Assembly (NCBI GenBank): GCA_964392665.1
Contig: CAYMQB010000007.1
Location: 9,996 to 73,995 of the forward strand
Length of the DNA stretch: 64,000 bases
From: an uncultured bacterium
Lineage (GTDB): Bacteria > Hydrothermota > E44-bin80
Reading direction: 5' to 3'
A model generated the notes under the pieces. It was not told the DNA's origin. It saw only the letters and a program-made list of their open reading frames with translations, and searched no databases. Shown here one piece after another: positions 1 to 9,286 of this stretch (the stretch's first letter is position 1; the number at the start of each line of letters is the position of its first letter). Both the position numbers and the translations under genes were made by a program.

Positions 1-233
1 ACTATCTCCTTTGTCGTAGAAAGCTCTATATTGAGTTTTGTCTTTATCTTTTTTCTTAACTTCCTTATATCTTCCTCTTTTATATGTCTTTTATCCTGTC
101 TTAAATGTGCCGTTATGCCATCACATCCTGCACCCTCGGCAATAAGTGCAGCCTCGACAGGATCAGGAACAACCCCTTTTCTTGCCTCCCTAATTGTTGC
201 AATATGGTCAACGTTTACGCCAAGTCTTATCAT
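1..233 (-). CDS. pdxJ: Pyridoxine 5'-phosphate synthase PdxJ (N-terminal part; 3' end runs off window start)
   Basis: Reverse-strand translation from ATG at 233 gives [44 protein letters not shown], the canonical PdxJ N-terminus. A GGAGG Shine-Dalgarno sequence lies upstream. It is absent from the ORF track because it is truncated by the window edge. Confidence 0.8.
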   Translation of the reverse strand, partial: MIRLGVNVDHIATIREARKGVVPDPVEAALIAEGAGCDGITAHLRQDKRHIKEEDIRKLRKKIKTKLNIELSTTKEI

Positions 234-335
234 CTCTATGCCTCCCTTAGAATTTGATCCGATACATTCCATTACATCTATAGATAAACATAACAGAATG
301 CTCGGGGAATTTCAAGCAAAAAATGGGCAATAGGC

Positions 336-1220
336 TTGACATCTTGCAATTTTGATGATACAATTCTAACGATGAGGAAAATCGAATTGAAACAAACAAT
401 TGAACAAATTGGTTTATCACCCAAAAAGGAACTTGGACAGAATTTCCTTGCAAGCGACAAAATCGCAGAAAGAATCGTCAATGCCGCATGTGTTTCAGAA
501 AATGATTTCGTTGTTGAGCTCGGTCCGGGGATGGGTATAGTCTCAGAAAAAATACTCAATAGAAACGCTAACTTACTGGCAATTGAAATAGACCGAAAAC
601 TCTCCACATTCCTGAAAGATAAATTTTCCACATTTCACAATTTTCAAATAATCGAGAATGACTTCTTTCGCCTTAAACTTAATCAATATACAAACGCTAC
701 AAACCGTGAAGCGAACAAGTTTATATCAAACCCTCCATACAAAGGTGCAAAAAAACTTCTTAAAGAGCTTTGTATTACGAACTGTTTTTCACGCTGTGTG
801 GTAACACTTCAAAAAGAGGTTGCTCGAACACTCTTCAGTAAACCAGGAGAAAGCAGCGCTCGCAGCTTGACATACTATACTCATTATAGATTTAAACCTG
901 TAAAACTATTTGACATTCCACCGGGTTTTTTTTATCCTCAACCAAGTATCACCTCAACCGTCGTTCTCCTGTCTTATAAGGACCACAACATAAATCCGAA
1001 AGATGAGAAATTCTTTTTTGCAACCCTTGATCTGTTGCTTAAAACAAGAAAAAGAAAATTGAGGAATTGTTTAACCTCCACTTTCAACGTGCGAAAAGAA
1101 ATATCGAGTAAAATTGTTGAAGAATCAGAAGTCTCGGAAAATGCAAGACCAACGGACCTTACAATGGAACAAATGATAACCGTTTCCAATCTCGTCAGAC
1201 AAGAATTTCAAAAAAACTAA
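336..1220 (+). CDS. rsmA: 16S rRNA (adenine1518/1519-N6)-dimethyltransferase RsmA/KsgA family
   Basis: LGQNFL motif, SAM-binding ELGPGMG, catalytic NPPY tetrad (variant of the KsgA NLPY), overall colinearity with KsgA; true start probably the Met at 372 (MRKIELKQ...). Confidence 0.8.
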   Translation: MTSCNFDDTILTMRKIELKQTIEQIGLSPKKELGQNFLASDKIAERIVNAACVSENDFVVELGPGMGIVSEKILNRNANLLAIEIDRKLSTFLKDKFSTFHNFQIIENDFFRLKLNQYTNATNREANKFISNPPYKGAKKLLKELCITNCFSRCVVTLQKEVARTLFSKPGESSARSLTYYTHYRFKPVKLFDIPPGFFYPQPSITSTVVLLSYKDHNINPKDEKFFFATLDLLLKTRKRKLRNCLTSTFNVRKEISSKIVEESEVSENARPTDLTMEQMITVSNLVRQEFQKN

Positions 1221-1227
1221 ACCGATA

Positions 1228-2994
1228 ATGAAGAGAATCTTGGTTAGTCATTTGGCGTTGGTAACTTCGTTATTTATTTTTTCCCAACCTTTTAAAGTTC
1301 TGTCTTCCCAGTATACATTTCTTTTTCACCATTACAATGATATCTCTTCCTACTCCCAAATATTCTTCCTGCCGACGCAAACAAGAAACATGTTCTCCCT
1401 TCGAATGGACGCTTTCCAGAGTTCAAATAAGAATGTTACGCTCTTAAAAGACGAAACTGCTTCAAACATTCTCTTTGACTTTGGATTCAAACCATGCCGA
1501 GATATTACACTTAAAATAAAGGAGAAAACCTCGAACAATATTTTGCAAGCAGAATCTTACAAATCGAGAATTGCCAAAAATGAGCTCCGCATAGAAACTA
1601 TATTGGAGCACAAAACCTGGTTAAGAATTAACCCTTATTTTCTTTTCTCAAACGACCATTATGTTAGACAATTTCAAAACAGTGTCGACATAAAAAATCC
1701 TGGGGTGGGAAAGGGTATCATGGCAAGTGCCGATATAAAAGATCTGGGCTATATTGCTTCCGAACTCTCTTTCCTTGATCAGTCCCTGAATAGCGATAAA
1801 AAGGCAAGCATAACGGGTACACTCGAAAAAGACTACTCAAATGCAAGAATTGGTGGAAATTTCGAAGGGAAAAATACCCTTACTCATTATCCCATACTAA
1901 ACGGAAAGGAAGAAAAGTTCTTTGAATCTGTAAAAGGAGTTGCTTTTACCGAATTCAGCCTTTTTAACAGATTAACCACGTACTTATCCTTTGAACGACG
2001 TTTCCGCAACGAAATATATACACTTCTTTCCGGTTATTCAGGTAAACATAATAATGAAAAAACGTTTTACAACAATTATTTCCAGACTTTTTCATATACT
2101 CTTAATTCAAGAATCTCAATCGATTTAAACTTAAACGAGTACAATGGAGAGAAAACCTTCCAGGATGGTTTGAACGATGAAAATTCAACTGTGAAAAACT
2201 TCGCTCCCGCCATATGCTTCAAACCCAATATAAATTCAGAAATAAAACTTAAGAGAATTATAAGATTAAGCTCGTTTTCTTTTCCTAATCCATTCACAGT
2301 GACAGATAGAGATGTTCTCGATAAATCGGTTATGCTTCTAACAAGGTATCTACTTCCGGGTGGCACCGATGTTTCTATCTCTTTAATGAGAACATTAAAT
2401 CACATAATCTTTGTGAAAAGTGAAATGTCGGCAAATAATGTCAGAAGAACAAAATACAATGTCGAAATGAACATAAAATACTTTGTTCACCGAAGTATAG
2501 AAATAGACGAAGTAATTACTCTTTCGGCAAACTATCAGCTGTATGATTTTTCGTCTGAAAGAAATCTATTTACCAGAAGCTTCTCAAACGATTCCGAGAT
2601 ATGTATTCTCAAATTACCATTTTTTCAACCCTCTTTCGCCTACAAAATTATGCTCCAGGACTGGGGACCTTATCTTCTTTCTTACGACTCCGGAAACTAC
2701 CTTTACTATCGTAGTCTTGAAAGCAAAAAAGAAGCATACCGTTTGAGCAGCAAGATTTTTCCAAACTCCTCGGTTGCTTTTACCCCTTCTTATGAAATCA
2801 AAAAAAATACCTTCAGAAATCTCAACCAGGTTGCAGGAAAACAAGAATCTTCACTTATAGAAGGACATTATGGATTGAAACTGACTTACCGAAATAGCAG
2901 CACTGCAAAAATTGATTTTCACTTTACCTTGATAAAAAGAAATAGTGGAAATGATTTTTATGAGTTAAAAACAAAACTAACTTATGGTGTTTAA
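1228..2994 (+). CDS. Hypothetical secreted protein, probable outer-membrane beta-barrel
   Basis: N-terminal signal peptide (MKRILVSHLALVTSLFIFSQ), long alternating hydrophobic/polar beta-strand-like pattern, no recognisable enzymatic motifs. Confidence 0.5.
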   Translation: MKRILVSHLALVTSLFIFSQPFKVLSSQYTFLFHHYNDISSYSQIFFLPTQTRNMFSLRMDAFQSSNKNVTLLKDETASNILFDFGFKPCRDITLKIKEKTSNNILQAESYKSRIAKNELRIETILEHKTWLRINPYFLFSNDHYVRQFQNSVDIKNPGVGKGIMASADIKDLGYIASELSFLDQSLNSDKKASITGTLEKDYSNARIGGNFEGKNTLTHYPILNGKEEKFFESVKGVAFTEFSLFNRLTTYLSFERRFRNEIYTLLSGYSGKHNNEKTFYNNYFQTFSYTLNSRISIDLNLNEYNGEKTFQDGLNDENSTVKNFAPAICFKPNINSEIKLKRIIRLSSFSFPNPFTVTDRDVLDKSVMLLTRYLLPGGTDVSISLMRTLNHIIFVKSEMSANNVRRTKYNVEMNIKYFVHRSIEIDEVITLSANYQLYDFSSERNLFTRSFSNDSEICILKLPFFQPSFAYKIMLQDWGPYLLSYDSGNYLYYRSLESKKEAYRLSSKIFPNSSVAFTPSYEIKKNTFRNLNQVAGKQESSLIEGHYGLKLTYRNSSTAKIDFHFTLIKRNSGNDFYELKTKLTYGV

Positions 2995-3541
2995 AATAGC
3001 TGTTTATGTAGCACTTTCGACGTTTCTTTTCTCATCTTGTGACTGGTTCAACCCCCGGGAAGCCGAGAAACCCTGGGAACAAGAATCAGAATGGCAAGAA
3101 CCTGTTAATCCGTCAACTGTGATTTTAAACTTAGTTAATGCTTTCGAAAACAGAAATATCGTAAATTACGTATCCTGTTTATCCGCCACTTTTGTTTTTT
3201 ACGGTGATCCAGCCGATTCGCAATATGTTGAACCAGGAATTTTCAACGACTGGAATATGCAAGTAGAAAAAGAAGTAGCGGTAGTGATTTTCAACACTTT
3301 CACCAATATAGAATTGTACTTCGTAGATTCACTAAAAGACAGTACTGGAACAGCTGCAACATTTTACGAAACCTATACTTTGAACCTTCAATCCATCGAT
3401 TCCACAATTATAGCAAAAGGACTTGGCGTATTTCAACTTACTGTAGATTCGACGAATCTTTGGAGTATTGTTGAATGGAAGGATTTCAGGACAGACTCTT
3501 CATTCATCGATTGGGGAATAGTCAAAGCAAAATCACGATAA
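2984..3541 (+). CDS. Hypothetical lipoprotein
   Basis: Signal peptide with lipobox LFSSC; overlaps upstream gene by 11 nt (operon-like). Confidence 0.5.
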   Translation: MVFKIAVYVALSTFLFSSCDWFNPREAEKPWEQESEWQEPVNPSTVILNLVNAFENRNIVNYVSCLSATFVFYGDPADSQYVEPGIFNDWNMQVEKEVAVVIFNTFTNIELYFVDSLKDSTGTAATFYETYTLNLQSIDSTIIAKGLGVFQLTVDSTNLWSIVEWKDFRTDSSFIDWGIVKAKSR

Positions 3542-3549
3542 GGACAAAA

Positions 3550-5385
3550 ATGGTGAAAAATGAACAGACAAAACCCGAAAATCTAAATGCAATCAAGAAT
3601 ATGGATGCGGCTGTCAGCAAAGCCTGGAAGCTCTTCCCCCAGGTGAAAAAGAAAAAGATAGTTCTGTCTCTGCTAAAACAATTGCTCAAATCGAAAGAAC
3701 CAAGCGTCTTATTTTTAGAAAAAAATTTGAAAAATAAAAAGTTACCCTTCTTTGTTCCTCTTTGTATTCTCAGCCCGGACTGGCCTGGTCTTTCAGACAG
3801 TTGTATTGGAGTCCTTCACGAAAAAGGCTGGAATATTTCCTATATTGAGGCATTTGTAATTGAATATGAAAATCTTCAGTTGGGGTTTCTTTTCCTTATT
3901 ATAAAAATAGAATCGCACATCGAAAGAAAACAGTTCTTCAGAGACAGACATGAAATCATCGGAAATCTAAAAGTAGTTGCAACAGGAAGCAAGGCAAAGA
4001 CATCGCTGTTGATTGGAGAAGCAAGGAAACTGGAAATTTACGGTCATGTGACGGAGAAAATAAAAGATACCGTGGAAGATAAAGAAGCACTCGCGGAAAT
4101 ACTGTCGGATGATGGTGAGGCATTTAAGTTTTTCTCAAGCAGAAGTGAATCTTACCTGGAAGAGAGAATCTATTCTGACCTTGCTCAACAGATCGTTGTA
4201 AACTATGGATTGCAGCGTCTGTCGAGGAAATCGGGAGGTAAACCACAGTTCTGGATAAAAAATTTAAAAACCAGTAGAGAACATTTAACAGGAATCACTA
4301 TAGCAGCTTTCGAACGCGATGTATCGCTTAATGATTGGCTTGAATCAATCTATCAGGCAGTGCCTGATTATAACATTAAATACAACAAAGAGTTTGTTAC
4401 CCACGATGGCATTGTTGTTTATAGAATCGAGATTTGTAATAAAATGGATAAACCCTATCCTAAAAAACGATTTGCTGAAATAAAACACGCATTGGTAAAA
4501 TCCCATATATCAAGAAGAATGGAAAGGGTTCGTTGGATGGAACTAATTGGAGGTTTTGAGCACTATATGCGCGCAATAATACCTTTACTTATCAAGGAAT
4601 ATTCCTTGTCAAGAATTCCCCAAGTCTACATCAGTGTTGTCCAAATGACTGCCTTTATGTTTAAATTCAAGATACTGATCGTTTCTAACGCGCCCAAATT
4701 AGGAAAAATGAGCTATGGTTATACGATTACAAAATTATTGGAAGTGAAAGATGGAATCCGTATTATTTCCGCAAAACCACCCAAAAACTATGGAGAAGTA
4801 GAAGTAAACATAATTGATATTGCTGCAACGCTTGATATGTTTCCCAATATTGAAGACGCTTATCAGCTAATAAGAAAAACTGTAAACGAAGTTATTGGTA
4901 AATTCAGGGACTTCGATGAAGGTATGAGAAAACTTGAGGTTTCAAAATCAACGATGGTAAAAAAAATACTGAAGTTATATCCCGATAACCTAATTAGAGA
5001 ATTTTACTATAGACTGGACGATTTTTACAGGATAGGAGCGGATGCAAATGAAATTGCCGAACAGATAAAGCTTGGTATAAAAGGTTTGGATACTTATGAA
5101 AAGAAGAAGGGGGAATACATAATACTGAGTAAGGAATACTCTTATAAATCCGAGGATAAGTTTATTCCGACTTCAACAATTCTTGTTTTGGTATACTCGG
5201 CGAAAATTAAAATTCTCTCACAAATATTGGAACTACTTCACAACATCGAAATAACACTAAGTAAAATTGAGAGAAGAGATGTAACAGTACTTATACTAAG
5301 ACTACAGCAAAACGGTAAACCTATTCCGCCTGTGGCGATAAAAAATGTCAAAAACCTTCTTGACAAGCTGACAGAAACAAATTAA
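3550..5385 (+). CDS. Hypothetical protein with several ACT-like small-molecule-binding modules
   Basis: ORF track frame 3475..5385. Start reassigned to the ATG at 3550, which lies just after the stop of the upstream gene. Repeated segments resemble ACT domains (e.g. LSPDWPGLSDSCIGVLHEKGWNISYIEAF; VTVLILRLQQNG). No catalytic motif recognised. Confidence 0.45.
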   Translation: MVKNEQTKPENLNAIKNMDAAVSKAWKLFPQVKKKKIVLSLLKQLLKSKEPSVLFLEKNLKNKKLPFFVPLCILSPDWPGLSDSCIGVLHEKGWNISYIEAFVIEYENLQLGFLFLIIKIESHIERKQFFRDRHEIIGNLKVVATGSKAKTSLLIGEARKLEIYGHVTEKIKDTVEDKEALAEILSDDGEAFKFFSSRSESYLEERIYSDLAQQIVVNYGLQRLSRKSGGKPQFWIKNLKTSREHLTGITIAAFERDVSLNDWLESIYQAVPDYNIKYNKEFVTHDGIVVYRIEICNKMDKPYPKKRFAEIKHALVKSHISRRMERVRWMELIGGFEHYMRAIIPLLIKEYSLSRIPQVYISVVQMTAFMFKFKILIVSNAPKLGKMSYGYTITKLLEVKDGIRIISAKPPKNYGEVEVNIIDIAATLDMFPNIEDAYQLIRKTVNEVIGKFRDFDEGMRKLEVSKSTMVKKILKLYPDNLIREFYYRLDDFYRIGADANEIAEQIKLGIKGLDTYEKKKGEYIILSKEYSYKSEDKFIPTSTILVLVYSAKIKILSQILELLHNIEITLSKIERRDVTVLILRLQQNGKPIPPVAIKNVKNLLDKLTETN

Positions 5386-5412
5386 ATATTTCAATTTCAA
5401 AAAGAGGGAAAA

Positions 5413-8205
5413 GTGAAAAAAGAGAGAATATTCAAAGAAGAGCTAATTGAAAAAAGACCTCCACTATACATTTACAAAGCAAGGATAGGAGACAAAAAAA
5501 TCTACTTGAATGAAGTAATACCTTATTTTGCAACCACAAAAGATGCTGTCGCAGGTTTTATTAAAACGGTAAATGACCTTTCAGATGCGAAACCCAAATA
5601 CATTGTAAATATTTCCAGGACGAAAAAGAAAGGAACAAGAATCGTTTCATTAGAAATGTTCTATGCGGGTTTGAATTTGGAAGAATTCATAAGAAATGAA
5701 GGAACACTAAATTTACTTGATTCAATCTCATTAATTGCTACAATCTGCAAAGCTTTTCAGGAATTTCATTCAAGAAAAGTATTCGGAATAGGCATCGAAC
5801 AGAAAAACATAATAGTTAAGAACCTGCAAAATATTAAGATTATACATCCCCTACTACCAATAGCAGAGAAATACCTGAGAAAGTCTAAGAGACCGGAAAT
5901 GCTCAATCCCCTATATCTTGCCCCTGAGCAGATTGAAAAGAACATAGCAGATGAGAAGAGTGATCTGTTCAACATTGGTACATTGCTTTTTTTGATAATT
6001 AACAGCAAACACCCTTCTAAGCAACAATCCAGCAAGGATTTGATCCCCGAGAACAACATGCCTTATTGCGTAAACTATATTACAAAGCGTTTACTGGAAA
6101 AAAAACCATCTGATAGATTTTCTTCCATTAACAGCTTTCTTGATGAGCTTTCTCTTTGCCGCAAAGAAATTCAGCTGCAAAAATCTGGGGATAGAGAAAC
6201 GTTGAGCGCAAAACATCCTGCAAAGGAAATACAGAAGCAAGAAAAAATCAAGGTTAAACAAGTATTGCAAAGCAAAACAAAACCAAAAAGGAGTAAAAAA
6301 GCTAAGAGAAGTGAGAAAATTGCAAAAGAAAAACCAACACATAAAGCAAAACCACTTAAAAGAATGCCGAAAACAAAAAAACGAATTAAGTTACCATTAA
6401 GTAAAAAGACTCTTGGAATTTCCGTCTTAATTCTTTTTACGCTTATCATCTGTCTCATCGTCATTCCTAAATTGCTAAGGACACTTAATCCCTATAAAAT
6501 ATCAAGTTTTTCCGTTTTGAACAACACACTTACAACGATGGATGATAAAGGAAAGGTATTATGGAAATTTAAGGTCGGTTCAGACATTTCCTTTTCTAAA
6601 CTTGTAGATTTTGATAAAGACAATAGAAATGAGGTCATATTGGGAACAACTTCACTGCTAACAAACCAAAGGAATAAAAAAGTCAAAGGCAGAGATAACG
6701 CAAGGTTCTATATCCTGAATGAAAATGGAAAAATTTTATATTCCCAAGGAATTGGATGTCCTTCCATTTATTCTGATGGCTCTTCCAATTGGTCAATTTA
6801 CGATTTGGAAATTACGAACTGTGATGATAAGGGAATAAACAATTTTGTAGCCCTTGCAATTACAAATGACAGTCTTGACTGCATACTATTTTTAAGAAAT
6901 GAAGACGGAAAATCCTCAAAGTTCTGGCATACAGGTCGAATATCAAACATAATTCCCTTAACATTGAAAGATAACGGAAAAATACTGCTTTGCGCCGGTG
7001 AGAACACAAGGATGGGTAAAAAACCGGTTGTTTTCGCACTAAAGCAAGAAATGTTCAATGATCAATCACCTCCGTGCCAGGGGGATGTAAAAAATCAAAA
7101 AAAAGGTCTTTTGTGGTACAGGTTCGAACCAGGTTCAGGAACGGTAAAAAACATAGGCAAGAAAGATTCTGTAACTGTCTTTGTTCAATTGACCAACGGA
7201 ACTGAAAAATTATATGAAACAGAGAGTGGATACGAAATAAACGAGCATGATACATGTTTTGAAATGTTCGAAGAAAGAGGACAAACATATGACGAAGCAT
7301 TTAGAACATTGATGAATGCGGAAGAATACAAGAGAAAACAGCAATTTGACTTGGCACTCTCAACTTATGACAAAGCATCAAACATTAAAACAGAGGATGT
7401 AGGATTTATAGGTACTGCTTTGTTTGAAAAAGCATTATTATACTTTGAGCAGAAGGAATGGCGATTATCCTCAATCGCCTTCAATAGTGCTACAAAGATA
7501 GACCCGCTAATCTGTGAAGCTTTTTACAGATTGGGCTTGACCTATTCGGAAAGAGAGCAATTCAGTAATGCTATAGTAGCTTTTCGAAAGGCATTCAAAC
7601 TCTCGGGAAAAGAGGAGCAATTCTATAAGATCATAGATTTATACACCGCGATTGGTAAATACAAAACAGCAAAAAAGCTTCTATCTGCTTACGAAAAGAA
7701 CGCAAAAAATAAATTATCCCTTCTAATGCACATTTCCAAAGTTAATAGGGAGGAGGGAAATTTCAAAACTGCGGCCGTCTCACTGGAAAATTTAGTAGAA
7801 AACTTTCCGAAGAGCTTAAATGCAAAAATATTACTTGCAGATATCTATGCAGATATGGATAAAAACCTCTCCTTAGCAGAATCCCTATTTAACTACTCTT
7901 GCAACAAAGACTCCATGCTTTATTTTGAAAATGTAGAAACCTCCGGCTGGATTTCTTATAGGAAAAGCAGCTTCGGAGCAGCTTTCAAAAAACTCACCGC
8001 AGCGGTAGACAGAGAAGAGAAAAACGAGAAAATAGAAGTCTCATCACGAACAAAACTGCCGAGACTCTATTACAGAACAGCTATCATTGCACAAACGTTG
8101 GGTAAGAAGGACATAAAAGAAGTGTCGATCGAAAAAGCCCGGAAATCAAAATTCTGCAAAGGCTATATCAAAAGACAGCTAAACTACTTGCTTGCAAGCC
8201 CATAA
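5413..8205 (+). CDS. Membrane-anchored Ser/Thr-kinase-like (probably pseudokinase) protein with extracytoplasmic beta-rich domain and C-terminal TPR repeats
   Basis: GTG start with GAGGG SD. Kinase-like fold remnants are present (APE-like YLAPEQ, DIWSLG-like SDLFNIGTLLF), but the HRD and DFG motifs are degenerate. A Lys-rich linker is followed by one TM helix (ISVLILFTLIICLIVIPKLL), then a Gly/Asp/Asn-rich beta-repeat region, then TPR-like helices at the C-terminus. Confidence 0.55.
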   Translation: MKKERIFKEELIEKRPPLYIYKARIGDKKIYLNEVIPYFATTKDAVAGFIKTVNDLSDAKPKYIVNISRTKKKGTRIVSLEMFYAGLNLEEFIRNEGTLNLLDSISLIATICKAFQEFHSRKVFGIGIEQKNIIVKNLQNIKIIHPLLPIAEKYLRKSKRPEMLNPLYLAPEQIEKNIADEKSDLFNIGTLLFLIINSKHPSKQQSSKDLIPENNMPYCVNYITKRLLEKKPSDRFSSINSFLDELSLCRKEIQLQKSGDRETLSAKHPAKEIQKQEKIKVKQVLQSKTKPKRSKKAKRSEKIAKEKPTHKAKPLKRMPKTKKRIKLPLSKKTLGISVLILFTLIICLIVIPKLLRTLNPYKISSFSVLNNTLTTMDDKGKVLWKFKVGSDISFSKLVDFDKDNRNEVILGTTSLLTNQRNKKVKGRDNARFYILNENGKILYSQGIGCPSIYSDGSSNWSIYDLEITNCDDKGINNFVALAITNDSLDCILFLRNEDGKSSKFWHTGRISNIIPLTLKDNGKILLCAGENTRMGKKPVVFALKQEMFNDQSPPCQGDVKNQKKGLLWYRFEPGSGTVKNIGKKDSVTVFVQLTNGTEKLYETESGYEINEHDTCFEMFEERGQTYDEAFRTLMNAEEYKRKQQFDLALSTYDKASNIKTEDVGFIGTALFEKALLYFEQKEWRLSSIAFNSATKIDPLICEAFYRLGLTYSEREQFSNAIVAFRKAFKLSGKEEQFYKIIDLYTAIGKYKTAKKLLSAYEKNAKNKLSLLMHISKVNREEGNFKTAAVSLENLVENFPKSLNAKILLADIYADMDKNLSLAESLFNYSCNKDSMLYFENVETSGWISYRKSSFGAAFKKLTAAVDREEKNEKIEVSSRTKLPRLYYRTAIIAQTLGKKDIKEVSIEKARKSKFCKGYIKRQLNYLLASP

Positions 8206-8279
8206 CAATCACGAGAGAAATTAAAAAGGTAAATTTTGTCAGGTGTTGAATGGAAAAAAGCTAATATGGGAGAAAAGAT

Positions 8280-9212
8280 ATGATATACACATTGACACTT
8301 AATCCTGCTCTTGATAGAACCTTACTCGTTGAAAACCTCGCATTTGAGGACTCAAACAGAGTGAAGAAAGAATTAAGATATGCGGGAGGAAAAGGCATTG
8401 ATGTATCGCGAGTAATAAACGAGCTTGGTGGAAACAGTATTGCGCTTGGTTTTGTTGGTGGCTACGATGGTATGGAGCTCGAAGGAAGACTAATAAACGA
8501 AGGCATTAACTGTGATTTTGTGAAAATTGCTGATGAGACAAGAATCAATGTGTTCATAAAAAATAAGGAAGATGGAAAAAGAACTTCACTCCATGCAAAA
8601 GGTCCAAAAGTGTCACCTTCCGAACTCGCTCTGCTCTATAATAAGATAAAAGATCTTAACCCCGTTCCCTCGTGGTTCGTTATGAGTGGCTCATTGCCTT
8701 TAGGTGTATCTAACAATATTTATACACAGCTTACTCGTCTCTTAAGAAACAAAATAACTAAAGTGTTCCTTGATTCGGATGGAATGCCGCTTAAAAAAGG
8801 ATTGGCGTCAATTCCTTTTGCAGTAAAGCCAAATGCGTTCGAACTTGAAAGACTCGCTGGAAAAAAACTGAAAAATCAAAAACAAATAATAACCTTTGGT
8901 ATGAAACTCATCGAAAAAGGAATAAGCTATGTCCTTATATCTTTGGGTGAAAAAGGAATGATTCTGGTCTCAAAAAACGAAGTGTTAAAAGGAGTTTCTC
9001 CCCGGGTAAAAGAAAAAAGTACAATAGGAGCAGGCGATTCATCTGTTGCGGGATTCATCTATGCCTACGAAAGGAACAAGCAGATTAGTGATTGTCTAAA
9101 AATGGCTGTTTCCTGCGGAACTGCAACCGTCCTGACCCCCGGTACAGCATTGTGTAAAAAAGAAGATGTAAAAAGGATAATTAAAAAAGTCCGAATTGAG
9201 AATTTGGGTTAA
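8280..9212 (+). CDS. fruK: 1-phosphofructokinase / tagatose-6-phosphate kinase (PfkB ribokinase family)
   Basis: N-terminus MIYTLTLNPALDR... and GGKGIDVSRV, TRINVFI closely parallel FruK/LacC; C-terminal GAGDS anion-hole motif. Confidence 0.8.
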   Translation: MIYTLTLNPALDRTLLVENLAFEDSNRVKKELRYAGGKGIDVSRVINELGGNSIALGFVGGYDGMELEGRLINEGINCDFVKIADETRINVFIKNKEDGKRTSLHAKGPKVSPSELALLYNKIKDLNPVPSWFVMSGSLPLGVSNNIYTQLTRLLRNKITKVFLDSDGMPLKKGLASIPFAVKPNAFELERLAGKKLKNQKQIITFGMKLIEKGISYVLISLGEKGMILVSKNEVLKGVSPRVKEKSTIGAGDSSVAGFIYAYERNKQISDCLKMAVSCGTATVLTPGTALCKKEDVKRIIKKVRIENLG

Positions 9213-9250
9213 CAACTAAGTATTTTTTGCTAAGTTCTTGTGTTTCCCTC

Positions 9251-9279
9251 TTGACATATTTTCTTTTTTCTGTATGATG
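9251..9279 (+). promoter_or_regulatory. Sigma70-like promoter of carA (TTGACA-17nt-TATGAT)
   Basis: TTGACA at 9251-9256, 17-nt spacer, TATGAT at 9274-9279. The ATG of carA is at 9287, which implies a leaderless or very short-leader transcript. Confidence 0.45.
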
Positions 9280-9286
9280 TATCCTA

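Noticed and set aside
31-333. 100-aa plus-strand ORF at window start
   Set aside because: Low-complexity translation; it is the antisense of a clearly recognisable pdxJ N-terminus on the minus strand.
3475-3549. Upstream extension of the 3475..5385 ORF
   Set aside because: Extension overlaps the preceding lipoprotein gene in another frame; an ATG at 3550 right after that gene's stop is the more parsimonious start.
6091-6464. Minus-strand 83- and 97-aa ORFs with Phe/Leu-rich sequence
   Set aside because: Antisense of the Lys-rich (AAA/AAG) linker of the pseudokinase gene.
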